From assembly GCA_001687465.1 (NCBI GenBank), contig LVLI01000098.1, forward strand, positions 124,001-188,000: a stretch of DNA of 64,000 nucleotides, written 5' to 3'. This document shows, in pieces, positions 24,196 to 36,634 of the stretch (its first letter is position 1; every line of letters begins with the position of its first letter). The position numbers and the translations under genes were made by a program. The notes beneath the pieces were generated by a model that made no database searches, was not told the origin of the DNA, and was given only the letters and a program-made list of their open reading frames with translations. The stretch is from Halocafeteria seosinensis. Its lineage: Eukaryota.

Positions 24196-26455
24196 TTATT
24201 CCTCAGAACTGGAATCAGAGTTCTGCCGCACGATAACAGGGGAACGATGGAAGCTATTATTAAGTACACCTCGAAGGTTCCAAACACTCGCGGGACTCTC
24301 CGGCTGGGTATTGTATGAAGAATCTGTTGCTTTGCAACACAGCTCCAGCTCTGCTTTTCCCTCTTTGTCAAATTTCAAGTCCTTAGGTATTTTCACATTC
24401 GCTTCCCATGGGACCCACGCCCATGCCTGACCGTTTGGCTGTTTCTTGGCTTTTTCATCTAATTCGGCGACCTCCCAGGTTTTCCCACCATCCGCCGATA
24501 CATCAACTCTGATAACATTGCGTCCACCACCGCTCCAAGAATACCCACGCAATGTAATTTCCTCATCATCACGGTCTACGATAGCATGTGGCTCTGGATC
24601 ACAAATGGCGCTAGTCACTGGAGCTTCCTGAATAGGAGGAGAGCTGTCCCAGTCAATAGTATCCCACGTCGTGCTGGGACAGAAGCCTGCACATACCAGG
24701 AGAGAATCCAACATGAGCTGACACAAATCAATCATTCAACATAGTATGTCATACCTTTATAGTCGTTCTTCTGCCAATGGCTATCGCTCTCTTGGGGACT
24801 GGCCACAATCTTAGATAGCCACTTCACATTTCGAGCGCCAACGTGCCCTGCGATCCATTAAAGTCGACACAGTAGAAACGGTGAGAGTATCAATATATTA
24901 CCAATAAAGACTTACCAGGTGCGACGACTCGTAGAGGAAAACCGTGATCTCGGGGTAGTTCCTCGCCGTTCATCTCGTAAGCCAATATGACATCTCCACA
25001 CGGGTTCATCGCTTTGGAAACAGGGATGCTTGCCCCGTACCCTTTTCCCTCCGGATCCTTGTCTAACCCTTCAAAGCAAATGTGTCTAACAGTTTGGCTA
25101 TCCTGTTCATGCTGTGTAGCGTAAGGATCATCAAAGTTCAAGAACGAAGACTCCGGCAACCCCGCATACGTTAAAACGTCGCGAAGACGAACACCTTTCC
25201 ACTCGGCAGTGCTTATAGCAGCTGAGCCCCAAGTTAATCCCTTCACTTTTTCCACAGAGTTTAATTCATTTCGCCGGTTTCCAGCGCACTGGAGTGTTGC
25301 GGTAACTTTCACAGGTCTAAATTTAGTCTTGAGTTCATCCAAGGAGAGTGAAACTGGCTCCTCCTTACCGGGAACTTGAATATGAAGTCGATACGATTGT
25401 TTATCCACTCTCGGAACTGGTAAATGATTGCGGATAAAGAATATACCATTAGGAGTTAGAAAGTTGTCAGCCAACAGGTTCAGTGGGGGCTCCGCATTGC
25501 ACGGTGTTTCGGAGTTCTTAATCAGCGCAGGATGCCTCGTAGGTTCGTCGGCGTAAGGGCCCTCGCCTTGATTAGCAGTTCCAGAAGCACGCTCCACATC
25601 TTCGTCCGCTAGATTTCCGATCCTCAACTCTTCCAGCATTTTGTACACTTCCTGCTTTTTGTGTTGTGAATACAGTTGCCAGAAAGGTTCAATTGATTTG
25701 CCAGCAGCCAAGTTGATCTGTTCGGAATAGAAAGCATCACACCGTATATGCCAAAGAGCTCCAATTCAGTTGAGACTGCACATTCTTACCTTAGAAGATC
25801 CTCCAGGGTGGCGATGCCGAAAATGTGTGATATCGTACACGCCATGCTTATAAATTACCCAGACACCTGTTTCAGCTGTTGTATGTTTCTTTACCTCCTC
25901 CAGACTATAGGTTGGAAGCCCCTTTTTCTTCACTCCCGGTTGAATACCACCCCCAACTTCTTTGGCAACGTTAGTTTGCTTCCCCTTGTTGTCATCAATG
26001 TGGCTTACATCCACCTCTCCGTGGGCTCCTTTGATGGGGGGTCCAGCTCCGAAGGAGCGTGGATGTTCCTCCGCTGTTCGACGCGATAGTGAGCCTGGTT
26101 CAAGGCCTCTATGTTGGTCATACTTGGGGCGATGGCTCTCCTTGTGCTTCTCATCTTCATCGTCATGCTGATGGTCCTTGTGCTTCTGGTATTCGGAAGA
26201 AAATCGGCCTCGAAAAAGCCAGGAGGAGCGTTTACTGTCCTCGGAATCCTTTTCACAAGATGTCATGGATAAGCCCGCCAGAGCAATGGCAGCGAACCCA
26301 TACCCACCAAACTCTTCACGAGACTGTCGGTGCTGATGTTGGGATCCTGCTGAGTGAAAACCACGGCCTCCGAACCTGGCGCTCAGACAGGAGCTGACTG
26401 GAGTCCTCAGCTCATGGAGAACACGACGATGGGCACTTGTTGCTCGACGAAGCAT
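24196..26455 (-). CDS. SUOX: Sulfite oxidase (mitochondrial-type: presequence, cytochrome b5, Moco and dimerisation domains)
   Basis: Arg-rich presequence; cyt b5 VWV..GVYDIT.F..HPGG; FFIRNHLPVP; LQCAGNRR; DHGFPLRVVAPG; IQEAPVTSAIC; GYSWSGGGR; QPES..WNLRGVLNN. Confidence 0.96.
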
Positions 26456-26991
26456 CTCTTAATCATTTATTTTTCAAGTATACGGCACTGCAATTTGTTT
26501 ATGCACCGTCTCATGTACAGGTACCGATGAAGTAATAACAATACCTGAGTGATAGAAGTTCACGAATCATGATGGAACTAGTAGTTACTTTTGGTTCAAA
26601 GTGAAGTGTTGACACGCAAGTTGAGTGGCCGGTTAGGTGCTAGTACAGTGTAGTGTAGTGGTGTTCGTGTGGCTATAGGAGCTCCTGGTTGCAAGGGAAG
26701 AAAACCCTCCAGTCATCAAGTGGGTGCTATCCTACTGCTTGGCTAGGGGTGGCGAATTTGGTCTTGGCCACTGTTTTACGCTGACTCGGTCAGGCCACGG
26801 CAGTGTCAGTGTGTGTGGCGAGGCACACTATTCAACTGGCATGCAGATCTAGAACAGTAAAAGCTCGAAGGAGTCTTCGACTTGGTGGCACGGTCAAGAA
26901 GCTCATTCAAGGCAGTGTTATACGGTGTAACTTACACCCAATTCCTGGTGCGGCCAAATGGTGTTACAATTGATTGAACTTTGGAGTATCG

Positions 26992-29094
26992 TTACCAATA
27001 GTTGTTACTCACTGCTATAAACTTCGTACTGGCACACCACGCAACCAATACTGCAAGCATCAACCATTGGCGATGAGGGTGCCGCAGAATACTTGAAGAG
27101 CCACAAAACTCCATACCTACACTAGGTCCTTGATCGGTCTGGATGACTAGCTCATTTTCCCAAATAACGGGATGGGAAGAATTAAGTGAGGTCAATGGGC
27201 CGCCTAGACCGTGCTGAACGCCTTCGGTGCCTCCTAGGAGCAAAGCGTACTGAACCTTAGGAGATAAAGAAGGGGGATTGCTGGAAGATAATAACGATAT
27301 TTCGTTGCGCCCTTGCCTAGTGAGCGGATAAGAGATGATCTCTTTTGCGAGGGAACATGTGTTCATGTTTGCGGAGCAGTTCTCAATAGCATGAAGTTGA
27401 ATAACCATATTCTTGTCTTCTCTGGGATTGTCGCGTGCTTGATACGCCATCAAACTGATCAAGTAGACCTCTTGATCTACTGAGAATTTGTACCCTCTCC
27501 AACTCTGGTGTCCATCGAAGGTGCCGGTAAGTTCTGCCTGAACATTCCCGCACTTCGGAGACGAAAACACGCACCCTGTGGGAACCATAGAAAAGCTCAG
27601 TGTGGCATGTGAGCTTGTGCTTGGAAATCCGCTTGGTGACAGCGTAAAGACGGATGTCATGCTCATTGCAGAAGTGACTGGACGCGATGCGGGAAGAGTT
27701 CCCGACATGGTTGGCGTGGGAGTCGGACTGGTTGTCGGGCATACTAGCTCAGCGTCTTCGGAACTAGCGACCTTAACAACCATACCCTCTGTCGTGTGTG
27801 GGACAAAGACGTGCAACGCTCTTTCAGTATTCAAATATCCAAATACGGAAACGAGAGAGCTACCTGTCGATAATTCACAGGGGAAAACCTTTCGTCTGCT
27901 AACCTCCTCGCAGAATAGAGTGCGACTCCATCTACCATTTCCAAGATCATACTTCCACACCTCATATGATGAGCCTAGAGTTGCAGGTGAAACAAGGACG
28001 AAAAGCCTTCCTTGCAATAGAATGGTTGCCCAACAATGATGTTTAATCATAGCTGAAAGCGAGAGTGGAAAACCAACGGGTTCATTCTCTCCAGAGCAGC
28101 TGAACCTCAATGCATAAACCCTCTCCATATTATGATGATACTGCGTCAACAACAAATAGGTCGAATCCCGTGTACCGGTACCGTCAACATGTGGGATTGC
28201 AACGAGTAGTCTGCCCGTTGTACGATTCTCCATACCCCGCAGAGCCGAGACGTCCCAACTCACTGTGGTGGATCCTTCGAATACCCATAACCATGGCTTC
28301 TGTTTTGGTTGAAACGATTTTGAGGAAATCCCACCCATAAGGTAATGCGTCATACCACAGCTCCAAGTCGACCCGCCGCTTCTAGCTGAGGGTGCTGAGC
28401 TCGGGGACTGAAGACGGGTCCACAACGCTTGGTGTGAATTCCACGACCACATGTCTTGGTAGAATTCGACCCCACCCTTGGGAGTGTAATCGAACCCGCC
28501 GAATAAGAACAAGGCAAAACCTCGATACGAAGGATTTGCTGCGTTTGAAACGTTGCTTGGTTGGGCCCACAGATGCGTTTTCCTTCGGGGTTTCGGACAT
28601 GTAACTCCCGGTTTCGACGGGGATAAGCGGCTACTATCACACTGGTCAAGCTTCCTCAAAAAGTGTTTGCGACCTCCGAAGAAAGAATTTCCCAAGTATA
28701 TCTCGTATAGGGATGCCCCTGGTAACGACTGTCTTCCAGTCGTATCATGTCGGACAGTGTATATGATCCAAGTCGAAGGTTCCGTTGGATGGGGTACCGT
28801 AACTGCGTCTCTGTCTACCATAATTTGCGCAAGCAAAGGAGCGTAGAGCTTCTCCGTTGTCATGCTGCCGACAAAATGCTCAACGCTTCGGATTTCCGAT
28901 TCTTCCCGCTCCGAACATTCTCCGAGAACCTGCCACCTCGGGCGGGACTCCTTGCGTTGTGGGAGACCCTCCCAGACAGCCATCGATGCCGAGGCGTTCC
29001 TTCCATCTTTATCGGCTTGCAGCGCATATTCAGTCAGAGCTCCAACATGTACTATAAGAAAAATCGGTATGACTGTGTGGAAAAGAGGCAGCAT
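26992..29094 (-). CDS. Secreted or surface Kelch-like beta-propeller protein with a Thr/Ser/Pro-rich linker
   Basis: Signal-like MLPLFHTVIPIFLIVHVGA; Kelch motifs LFLFGG..DMWSWN..W, PSARSG..YLMGG, VWKYDLGNGRW; PTTSPTPTPT linker. The 3' end may be spliced further. Confidence 0.7.
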   Translation of the reverse strand: MLPLFHTVIPIFLIVHVGALTEYALQADKDGRNASASMAVWEGLPQRKESRPRWQVLGECSEREESEIRSVEHFVGSMTTEKLYAPLLAQIMVDRDAVTVPHPTEPSTWIIYTVRHDTTGRQSLPGASLYEIYLGNSFFGGRKHFLRKLDQCDSSRLSPSKPGVTCPKPRRKTHLWAQPSNVSNAANPSYRGFALFLFGGFDYTPKGGVEFYQDMWSWNSHQALWTRLQSPSSAPSARSGGSTWSCGMTHYLMGGISSKSFQPKQKPWLWVFEGSTTVSWDVSALRGMENRTTGRLLVAIPHVDGTGTRDSTYLLLTQYHHNMERVYALRFSCSGENEPVGFPLSLSAMIKHHCWATILLQGRLFVLVSPATLGSSYEVWKYDLGNGRWSRTLFCEEVSRRKVFPCELSTGSSLVSVFGYLNTERALHVFVPHTTEGMVVKVASSEDAELVCPTTSPTPTPTMSGTLPASRPVTSAMSMTSVFTLSPSGFPSTSSHATLSFSMVPTGCVFSSPKCGNVQAELTGTFDGHQSWRGYKFSVDQEVYLISLMAYQARDNPREDKNMVIQLHAIENCSANMNTCSLAKEIISYPLTRQGRNEISLLSSSNPPSLSPKVQYALLLGGTEGVQHGLGGPLTSLNSSHPVIWENELVIQTDQGPSVGMEFCGSSSILRHPHRQWLMLAVLVAWCASTKFIAVSNNYW

Positions 29095-30229
29095 TCGGAA
29101 GATACTGGATGGATCGATGGGATACCACACACGACCTGTACATGTATTTCGTTGGTTCCGCCGAAATATGTATGCCCATGTTCTGCTGAACCGCTCTTCT
29201 GAATATTTTGTTGGCTTCGAAACAAGATTCCTTTTCACTTTCCCACTCTCGTACGATACGGTATTTTACCCCTCAATGACAGGTCATCGGATATGTGTAT
29301 TAGTATTTGGTTTTCCCGGAAGACGTAGTGCGCTAGACCGCAGGAGCGGTCGCCGGGCCCTCGGCTTAAGATGCCGCCGACCCGCTCATGCATTAGCAAA
29401 CACTGTATTACATTGAATACATACATATGTAGTGATTTGCAAACAGCAGAGTCTAGGTGAAATGGCGAATACGAGTCCACATAAGTATAAGAATAATGGA
29501 TTCATGGATGGATTGACAGGTTTGGCAGAATTGAATCAGAATTGGAACTGTTGGTCTAGCACGGCGTATTGCGATAGCCAACCAAGGAGCCTATCGGGAT
29601 GCACGGACAGCAGACTCCAATATGGGATATTATACAACTAGCATTGAAAATCACTCGACGTTTCCATACATACCATATATGGTACATGTAGTGACGCGGT
29701 GCCAATTGGCATTCTTCACTTACATACATGTATTCTTGGGGCAAGAGAACAAGGAGGAGAAGGGCGTACACTGTAGGACTCACAGGCACGTCGCCTGGGT
29801 TCAGAGTGTTATGGAGTATACATGACATCATTCTGGTGCCGTTGTCCAGATAGAACTGCACTCCGGGACACTCCAACTTGCTGCCGAGTGTGAGTCAACG
29901 TGGTGGTTGCAGCCTGCAGAAGGAGTGCAGCAGTCGTCCTGCTCGAACCCAGGCTGGTATCCTGGTGCCGAAAAGGATCGCGCGAAGACCTTATTAATGC
30001 CTTCTATCCAATGCACTGAAGGACTGTGGTATTAGATCTGTCGCTACAAAAGTTATGTTATTCACTATATAACTCAAACAAGGCGTCAGGGAAACCTTGT
30101 CCAGTTTCGAAGCACGTCAGGGCGATCGTTTTTTTGAACAAGTGTTCTGGCGTCTTGGCATTGCAAGTTGACAACGGTAGGCTGACATTCTACGGCTTCT
30201 CATCGCTTTGAATAAGTATACTCTTACAG

Positions 30230-31850
30230 CAGCTGAGGAAAAGCATTTCGGTATAGCGCCTCCGAAGAGTATTGTTTCACGCCGGACAGCCAGCCCCAAC
30301 GATGCCGGAGATACACGTGGATGGAGAGGAGCATGATAATAGCTCCCAAGGAGCAGAATCGAACACCATTATCCAGGGAGTAGCTGTTCGGTAAGTCATT
30401 GATTTTGTCTTGAGATAGATATTGGTTTTTTACCTCTCTTGTGGAAATATTGCATATCCTCGAGATCTACAGAGGCGACGGCACCAGCAAAATAGTCCAG
30501 TGGGTTCTAATCGGGAGTTACTTCTCGTCGTTGCTAAGCCTCTTGAGCTGTGCATGCTATGCGTTCGTGCTAGTTTCCGTCGAAAAGTTCTTCTCTACGA
30601 TTTTTCTCGGAGCGACCACTCTGGTTGTGGGCATTCCCTTGTACGTAGTACACAACTAAAGGAGAACTATCAGCCAAAAGCCAATTCGTCCACCATTGTG
30701 TATGTCAGCATGAGTTACTTTAGCAAAAGTTGGTGCCATGGGGACAAGCAGAGCCAAGCGAATGTGTTATGTGTAAGTGTTGCGTATAGCGTCGATGTGG
30801 ATTGGCGCGGGGAAGGTAACCTACTGATACCATAACGTCTATCGCAGACTGTACTGTCGAACATTTTTTCTTTCATTTCCTCCGTACGATTTATTACGTT
30901 AATTATTACGGTAGCAATTGTTTCTTATCGAGGTTCCGGGTCGTCGAGCAGTAAGTATCCTAACCAACTGTGTACCTTCGTGACTGGTTGACCATTCCTT
31001 TCCCTACGATACAGATATTCTCCTCTCTCTCGATGGCTTCCTTGCTTTTCTGTATGCTATTGGACTCACGGCTGCATGGAGACTTAGTATTCAAGAGTGG
31101 TCATCCATCGGCCGCGCAAGTAAGCCAACAGCGCTAAAAAGGGTGGTGTTACATTGCATCTACCACCAGTGCATCATGCAGATGCATGGCACCTCTGTTT
31201 CAATACGGGAACGCTAGTTTTGGAGGCCTTTGCTTTGGCTATATCGATAGCTGCCATGGCGCTTGGCTACTTAGACTCGCTTGCTGATCTCCTTCTAGCT
31301 ACTGCTCTAGTCGTGGACGCAATTGCTGGAGCATTTTTACCGACGTAAGTACACTGAGTGAGTCTGCGGGTATCGATTGATCGCTGTTACTTTGTGATGA
31401 TACCGCAGACTGGAACTTTACGGTATTAGTTGCCGCTCGGCACATGTGCTAGCAGCTGTGAGTTGCATTCTAACATCTAAAACTTCCATCGAGACGAATA
31501 AATGTGTTTGCGTCCTTGCAGTTTTGTGTATGCTCAGTGCTCAATTTCTTGGACTCTATGAGGACAGTAACACTCTCTGCGGCTATTGATAACAATAGTT
31601 TCGCTATACCGGCTAACAGTAAGTGGCTATTCCGCAGTCTCGTATACTTGAGAACGAATGTCTAATTGTGAACCACTCATCTTTCACACCTCACTATACA
31701 GTTTGGATGGCATGCATTTTAATCAAGGGATTTCAGGGTGGTATCCAATGGTTTGCTGTTACTCTGGGGGCGAAATTAGTAAACAGGACAGAATCTCTAG
31801 CGTTTGATCCTGCCAACGTCCCGGTTGCCATCCCCATAGGAGTAGTTTGA
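30230..31850 (+). CDS. Multi-exon multi-pass membrane protein of unknown family
   Basis: Series of short hydrophobic exons bounded by GTAAGT/GTACGT and CAG sites (e.g. WVLIGSYFSSLLSLLSCACYAFVLV, LVLEAFALAISIAAMALG). Boundaries are approximate. Confidence 0.55.
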
Positions 31851-32711
31851 AGAAACCACAAGAAAACACCAAAGCAGCTTATCACAAACATGGTGAGGAC
31901 AGTTGACTAATAAGAGGCACACGTAAAGGTGGTGTACGTTACCCCGTGTAGCGTTTCGATGCGGTGGACTAATACCCGTACCCAAGAGTGGATTAGTACT
32001 TGCGCATGCAATCCAGGTTCTCCAGACCGGAAGCTTCGTTATCTGATACGGAAGAATCCCCTATGGTGTTACCGGAATAACTTATTGAGGACAATACAAG
32101 GTCCCTCAAACATTAATTTTTGAATGGAATCAGTGTGGAATCGGTAGTCGGTGTTACGCGCAGTTCAGCAATAAACTGGAACTGGGCAGCTGCCTGCTGG
32201 AAATCGTTTCAGTACTTTTTCCTTATCAAACAGAGAGCACTGAGAGATAGAGAAGTACCCGTGTGTCTACTGCACATAATGTACTACTGTCTCTGTTGAT
32301 GTAATGGGATCCTCGCTCCACGTTTCTCAATTCTCAGAAGGATGCGGCGTCCATTGCATACCAGGGTATGCCCACAGATTCTTGGGCAGGATCTCATTTG
32401 GAGCTGCTGTAACTTCAAACCAAAATAATTCACACTTCTAAGTGTGACTTCTGGCATTTCACCAATGGACCACCGTTTGGTGAGTCAATGAAGCTTCATC
32501 TTCACAATCCTGATACCATGGTACCATATTGGTATAGTGTACAATATTCACCACTTAGTATCAAGATTAGGTAGTTGTCAATTTGTGTGGTTGAGCTGTT
32601 GTTGGTCGTGCTAGTGGTCTGAATTCGACTGGTATTGTGTGTGCCGTGTCGCAGCGGATCCTTGGGAATTGTCGAACACTGTTGGATTCCATCACTTATA
32701 AGGCGTGAATC

Positions 32712-33410
32712 ATGCCCACAGAAGACCCTTCCACAGGTTCTCAGGCGAGCACAGGTCAGAGTGAAGCTCCAGGCCAGTTCGACATGGAAGCGACACAGGA
32801 TTTAATTATAGCCACGATGGATCCCAGTGTGGAAGATGCCAAAGAAGCGATCTCCCGTGGAGCCAACGTTAACCACAAGAATGAGGTACGGATTGCTTTA
32901 CCTCGTCTTTATATCTTTTTGATTCGATGACTTTGACTGTATACAGCATGGTATGTCACCCTTGTTAATAGCATGTGGGGGAATTGGACCACGGCAGATG
33001 CTGAAGGAATTGCTCCAAGCCGGGGCAAATGTCAATATCCGAGATAAAGTACGTATCTATATAAAATTCACTAGTTTTGTATTAGTTCTTAAAAGTGTTG
33101 TTGTCTTTGTCCTCAGGAACATTGGTCACCGCTGCTATACGCAGCCTCTGTTGGCCAACGACCACTGGTTGAGGAACTCCTTGACTGGAATGCGGATTTA
33201 GAAGCTCGTTCAACGAGTGGTTGGACAGCATTGACACGAGCTTCCTTTAGAGGAAATCCTGCGGTCGTCCGCCTTTTACTACAGACCGGAGCTAATCACA
33301 AAGCTGAAACTGAAGGGAAAACAGGTCGTCAATGGGCACTGCAACAAGGGCACCATGAAGTAGTTAATGTGTTCGATACAGAAAAGCCTTCCGAAAGAGA
33401 AGAAAGGTAA
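32712..33410 (+). CDS. Ankyrin-repeat protein, 3 exons
   Basis: GANVNHKNE|HGMSPLLIAC..LLQAGANVNIRDK|EHWSPLLYAA..GWTALTRAS..LLLQTGAN. Stop TAA at 33408-33410. Confidence 0.92.
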
Positions 33411-33555
33411 CAGTAAAATAGACAATTGAGAAAGCATGCTATCTCATGTTCATCATTTATGTTACTCTACAAAGTTCGTTTCTTCAGTCAATCCGAAAAC
33501 TTAATGCTAACACTGCCGCGATTGCAATCAAGCGTTCTGCATCACTTATAAAAAC

Positions 33556-34425
33556 TTACAGCACCGTTATCAAAGCAAAGCTGGCGTATACTAGAAACGT
33601 CGGATACGCAATGAGGTAACGGTGATTCTGCATTCGCAACACTGATTCGAAGAAGCGAGTAGCTGTATATGTGCTCCAGGAGACGGCCACAAAAGTAAGG
33701 GAGGCTCCAATTGTATTGTTCAAAGAGATGAACACGGTGAGAGCCGAAATAAATACGATGGGTAATAAACAGTATCCCAGTACGCTAAACGACAGTATCA
33801 GATCCAGTGATCCTTCCTGGGACATTAAGTTTAGTATAGCGGTAATTCCAAAGGTTCCCATGAGACCAAATCCGTATATATAACCGAAATGCAGCTTTCC
33901 ACTCTGTCATGCATTCAATAGTACATCAACATCCGGAGAAGTTAGTGTCAAGCGTTAGTCAAGGAAGATGAAATCTCCCACGTACAAACAGGAGGCAAAA
34001 GCCCAATACCAGGCAGAATATCAACGGCCCTGCTATATCCGAGTCTTGCATTATACTCTCATCAATCTCCCTCTGCATTAAAAACAGGGAAAAGTTGCAT
34101 ATAAAACAGCGCAAACAGGCCCTGAAACGCAACGCACTTTAGGGTTCAAGACATCCAGTGTTTTCTCCCGAATATGGTCCATATCAACTCCTAATTCCTC
34201 CAACAGCGGCGGTTCATTCTCGGGATCATCGTCATCCTCTTCATTTTGTGGATTGAAATGGTCGGCCGAGAGACCACCACCTCCAACAGAGCCTCCGAAA
34301 TGGCCACCTGTAGGGCCTCCCATCACACCTCCTCCTCCATCATGGTACATGACGTTTTGCTCATCACTCCACGGGAGATCACCGTCGCCGCCCTTTCCAC
34401 CGCCAGAGAACATTTCACTGTCCAT
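33556..34425 (-). CDS. YIP1: Yip1-domain Golgi membrane protein (YIPF5/7-like)
   Basis: NEPPLLEELGV, DIAGPL, KLHFGYIYG, SVLGYCLLP, YLIAYP..YASFAL. Confidence 0.95.
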
Positions 34426-34642
34426 CGTGATTCTAATACCACTGTTTCGTCGCAAAGCCCGCAAAAGAATGAAGGCAATACGGTGTCCAAACGTCGTTTT
34501 GGCCTCCGAGGCTCCGGGAAAAAAAAATTGAAGTCGTTAAAGCTGCGAAAAGATTGTTCGGTTAGTCTAACGGAAGCTTGCACGGGCTCTTTATGCACGA
34601 TTTGTTGGTCTATTATGACACGATACGAGGGTTGAGTCTAGC

Positions 34643-36632
34643 ATGATGAAGAAGGCGAACCATAATAGGGACTCTCCGTCCCCTGGGGTGCATGAAAATG
34701 GGGCAGTAAGCCCTGGATTTCCCCCGAGACATCGGTCTCCCATGGCTGGAAGTCAGGGATACAGGAGCCCTGAGCATGGTACACAGTCTCCCATGAATAC
34801 CACCGGCGGCGGCGGGTTCAGCAAGAGCTCCTTGAAACAGTCCCACACTGGGGTATCGCCGACACTGCACAGAAAGCAACGAAAACGGTATCTGCAAAAA
34901 CTGTATTCCCAAATCTATCCGGATGGGAAAGCCCATGTGAGTTTATTGACACAGACGCGTTTGATGCCTCCCACGCAGTTCCAGAGCCCTTCCCGGGTAA
35001 TCCGACCGAATGACAGCGAAGTGAGCACTCAAATCATGGAAACGCTGCAAAAGGCGCAAATGACTTCCTCGGACAACGAGGAGACGCGTCCGTCCGACAA
35101 TAGACGGAAGACGCAGACAGAGTCGAAGGAAGAGCTAAAGGAAGCCAAAGAAGAAGAACTGATGGAGGAAGAGGCCAGGGCAGGAGTTGGTATGGCTGCG
35201 GGCTCGCCGTCGAGTGGTGGCAGCGCTACACACCAAACAGGAGAATCTGAACGAACGAATCAGTTGTTGTTCCACCGGACACCTGACCTGAAAATGGGGG
35301 AGCGAGTTCCATACATGCCACAGGCACAATACACAATGCGACCCTATCACAGTGCAAAAAAGGCGATGGAATATTTCAACAAGATAAAATACAGCGTAAA
35401 GTATGTCCACAGGAATATGGGTATCTTCTGTCTTTGTTTGATACTTTGTCTTTTTAATGCAGGTCGGAAGAAGGAAACGACCTTGATAAGAGCTCCGATT
35501 TCACATTACTCGCAGGCGCATCTGGAAGGGCTGGAGGAGGATGGAAGGAAGCAATTTCATTCTTTAACCTTGCCGTCGCCTATGACAATGGTGAAAGAAT
35601 TGAAGACGGGTTGGAGGTAGGTGTTTACCCTTTGCATGCCAACATGAAATCGCAATGTAGTACTTCTTCCGCTTTTTGATATGGTGTACGCAGTCGTATA
35701 AAAAGTATATCAGCTCCATCAAGAAATTGCCACAGCATCCCGGACCGGAAGCTGCCGAATCGAGTAGGGCCACTCATCCTTTCTTCCAAACAGTGGAGAG
35801 TAAGAGCGGTGGATCTGCTTCTCCGGGTTCTACTGGCTCAACCTCACCAAACAAGAGTCGAAGCAAGAGGGATTTATCCTCATTAGACAACATTGACGTA
35901 ATTCCACGAGAAGAAGCACTGGCATTGGGTTATAATTCGCTTGCTATCAACTACCTGAAGTCTGGGAATCTCCCATCTGCCGTTGTGTACCACGCAAAGC
36001 ACGCCCGAGTAACGCAAGACTTGCGAAGTCGCGCTGTAGCGCTTTGCAACGTTGGTTTGGTACATCGATTAGCGAATGATATCCGTGATTCCAACGACTG
36101 CTTTCGTCAGGCTCTAGAGATTGGAAGAGAAACTCAGGACTCAGTTATTGAAATGTTAGCTTACGGTCATTTAGGGTTGAATTGTGCTTACTCATGTGTT
36201 CCAGGAGAAAATACGGGTGACGTTTGGAGCAGACTAACCACAACTGGAAATAGTAAACCAGTAGCATCACAGAACGACGGAGAGCACACTGGACAGAATT
36301 CTAGCCAAGGCCCACCGGGGGAAGAGGAAATCGCTAACGCAAAAGAGGCTCTATACATTTTTTTGAGATTTCAGTCTTCCGAAGACGACCCAAGGAATTT
36401 GAGTGTGGCCCATTCTGCTCTGGGTATTTTATGCCATCATCAGGAGAATTATTCTGATGCCGTACATCATTTCGAAGAGGCTCGAAACGCGAATGACATG
36501 GCCGATATACCGAGTTCTAATGCCATTGATAAGTGTCATATTGGGATTGTATCTGCTCATGGTTACTTTAAGGATTACTTGGAACAGCTTAGCGGAAGAA
36601 AAGCATCACCTACTACTAACAATGAGAAATGA
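34643..36632 (+). CDS. TPR-repeat protein with a low-complexity N-terminus
   Basis: Helical TPR-like units AFHSFNLAVAYD, LGYNSLAINY, ALCNVGLVH..FRQALEI, AYGHLG, AHSALG. Introns near 35396-35462 and 35618-35693. Confidence 0.8.
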
Positions 36633-36634
36633 AT

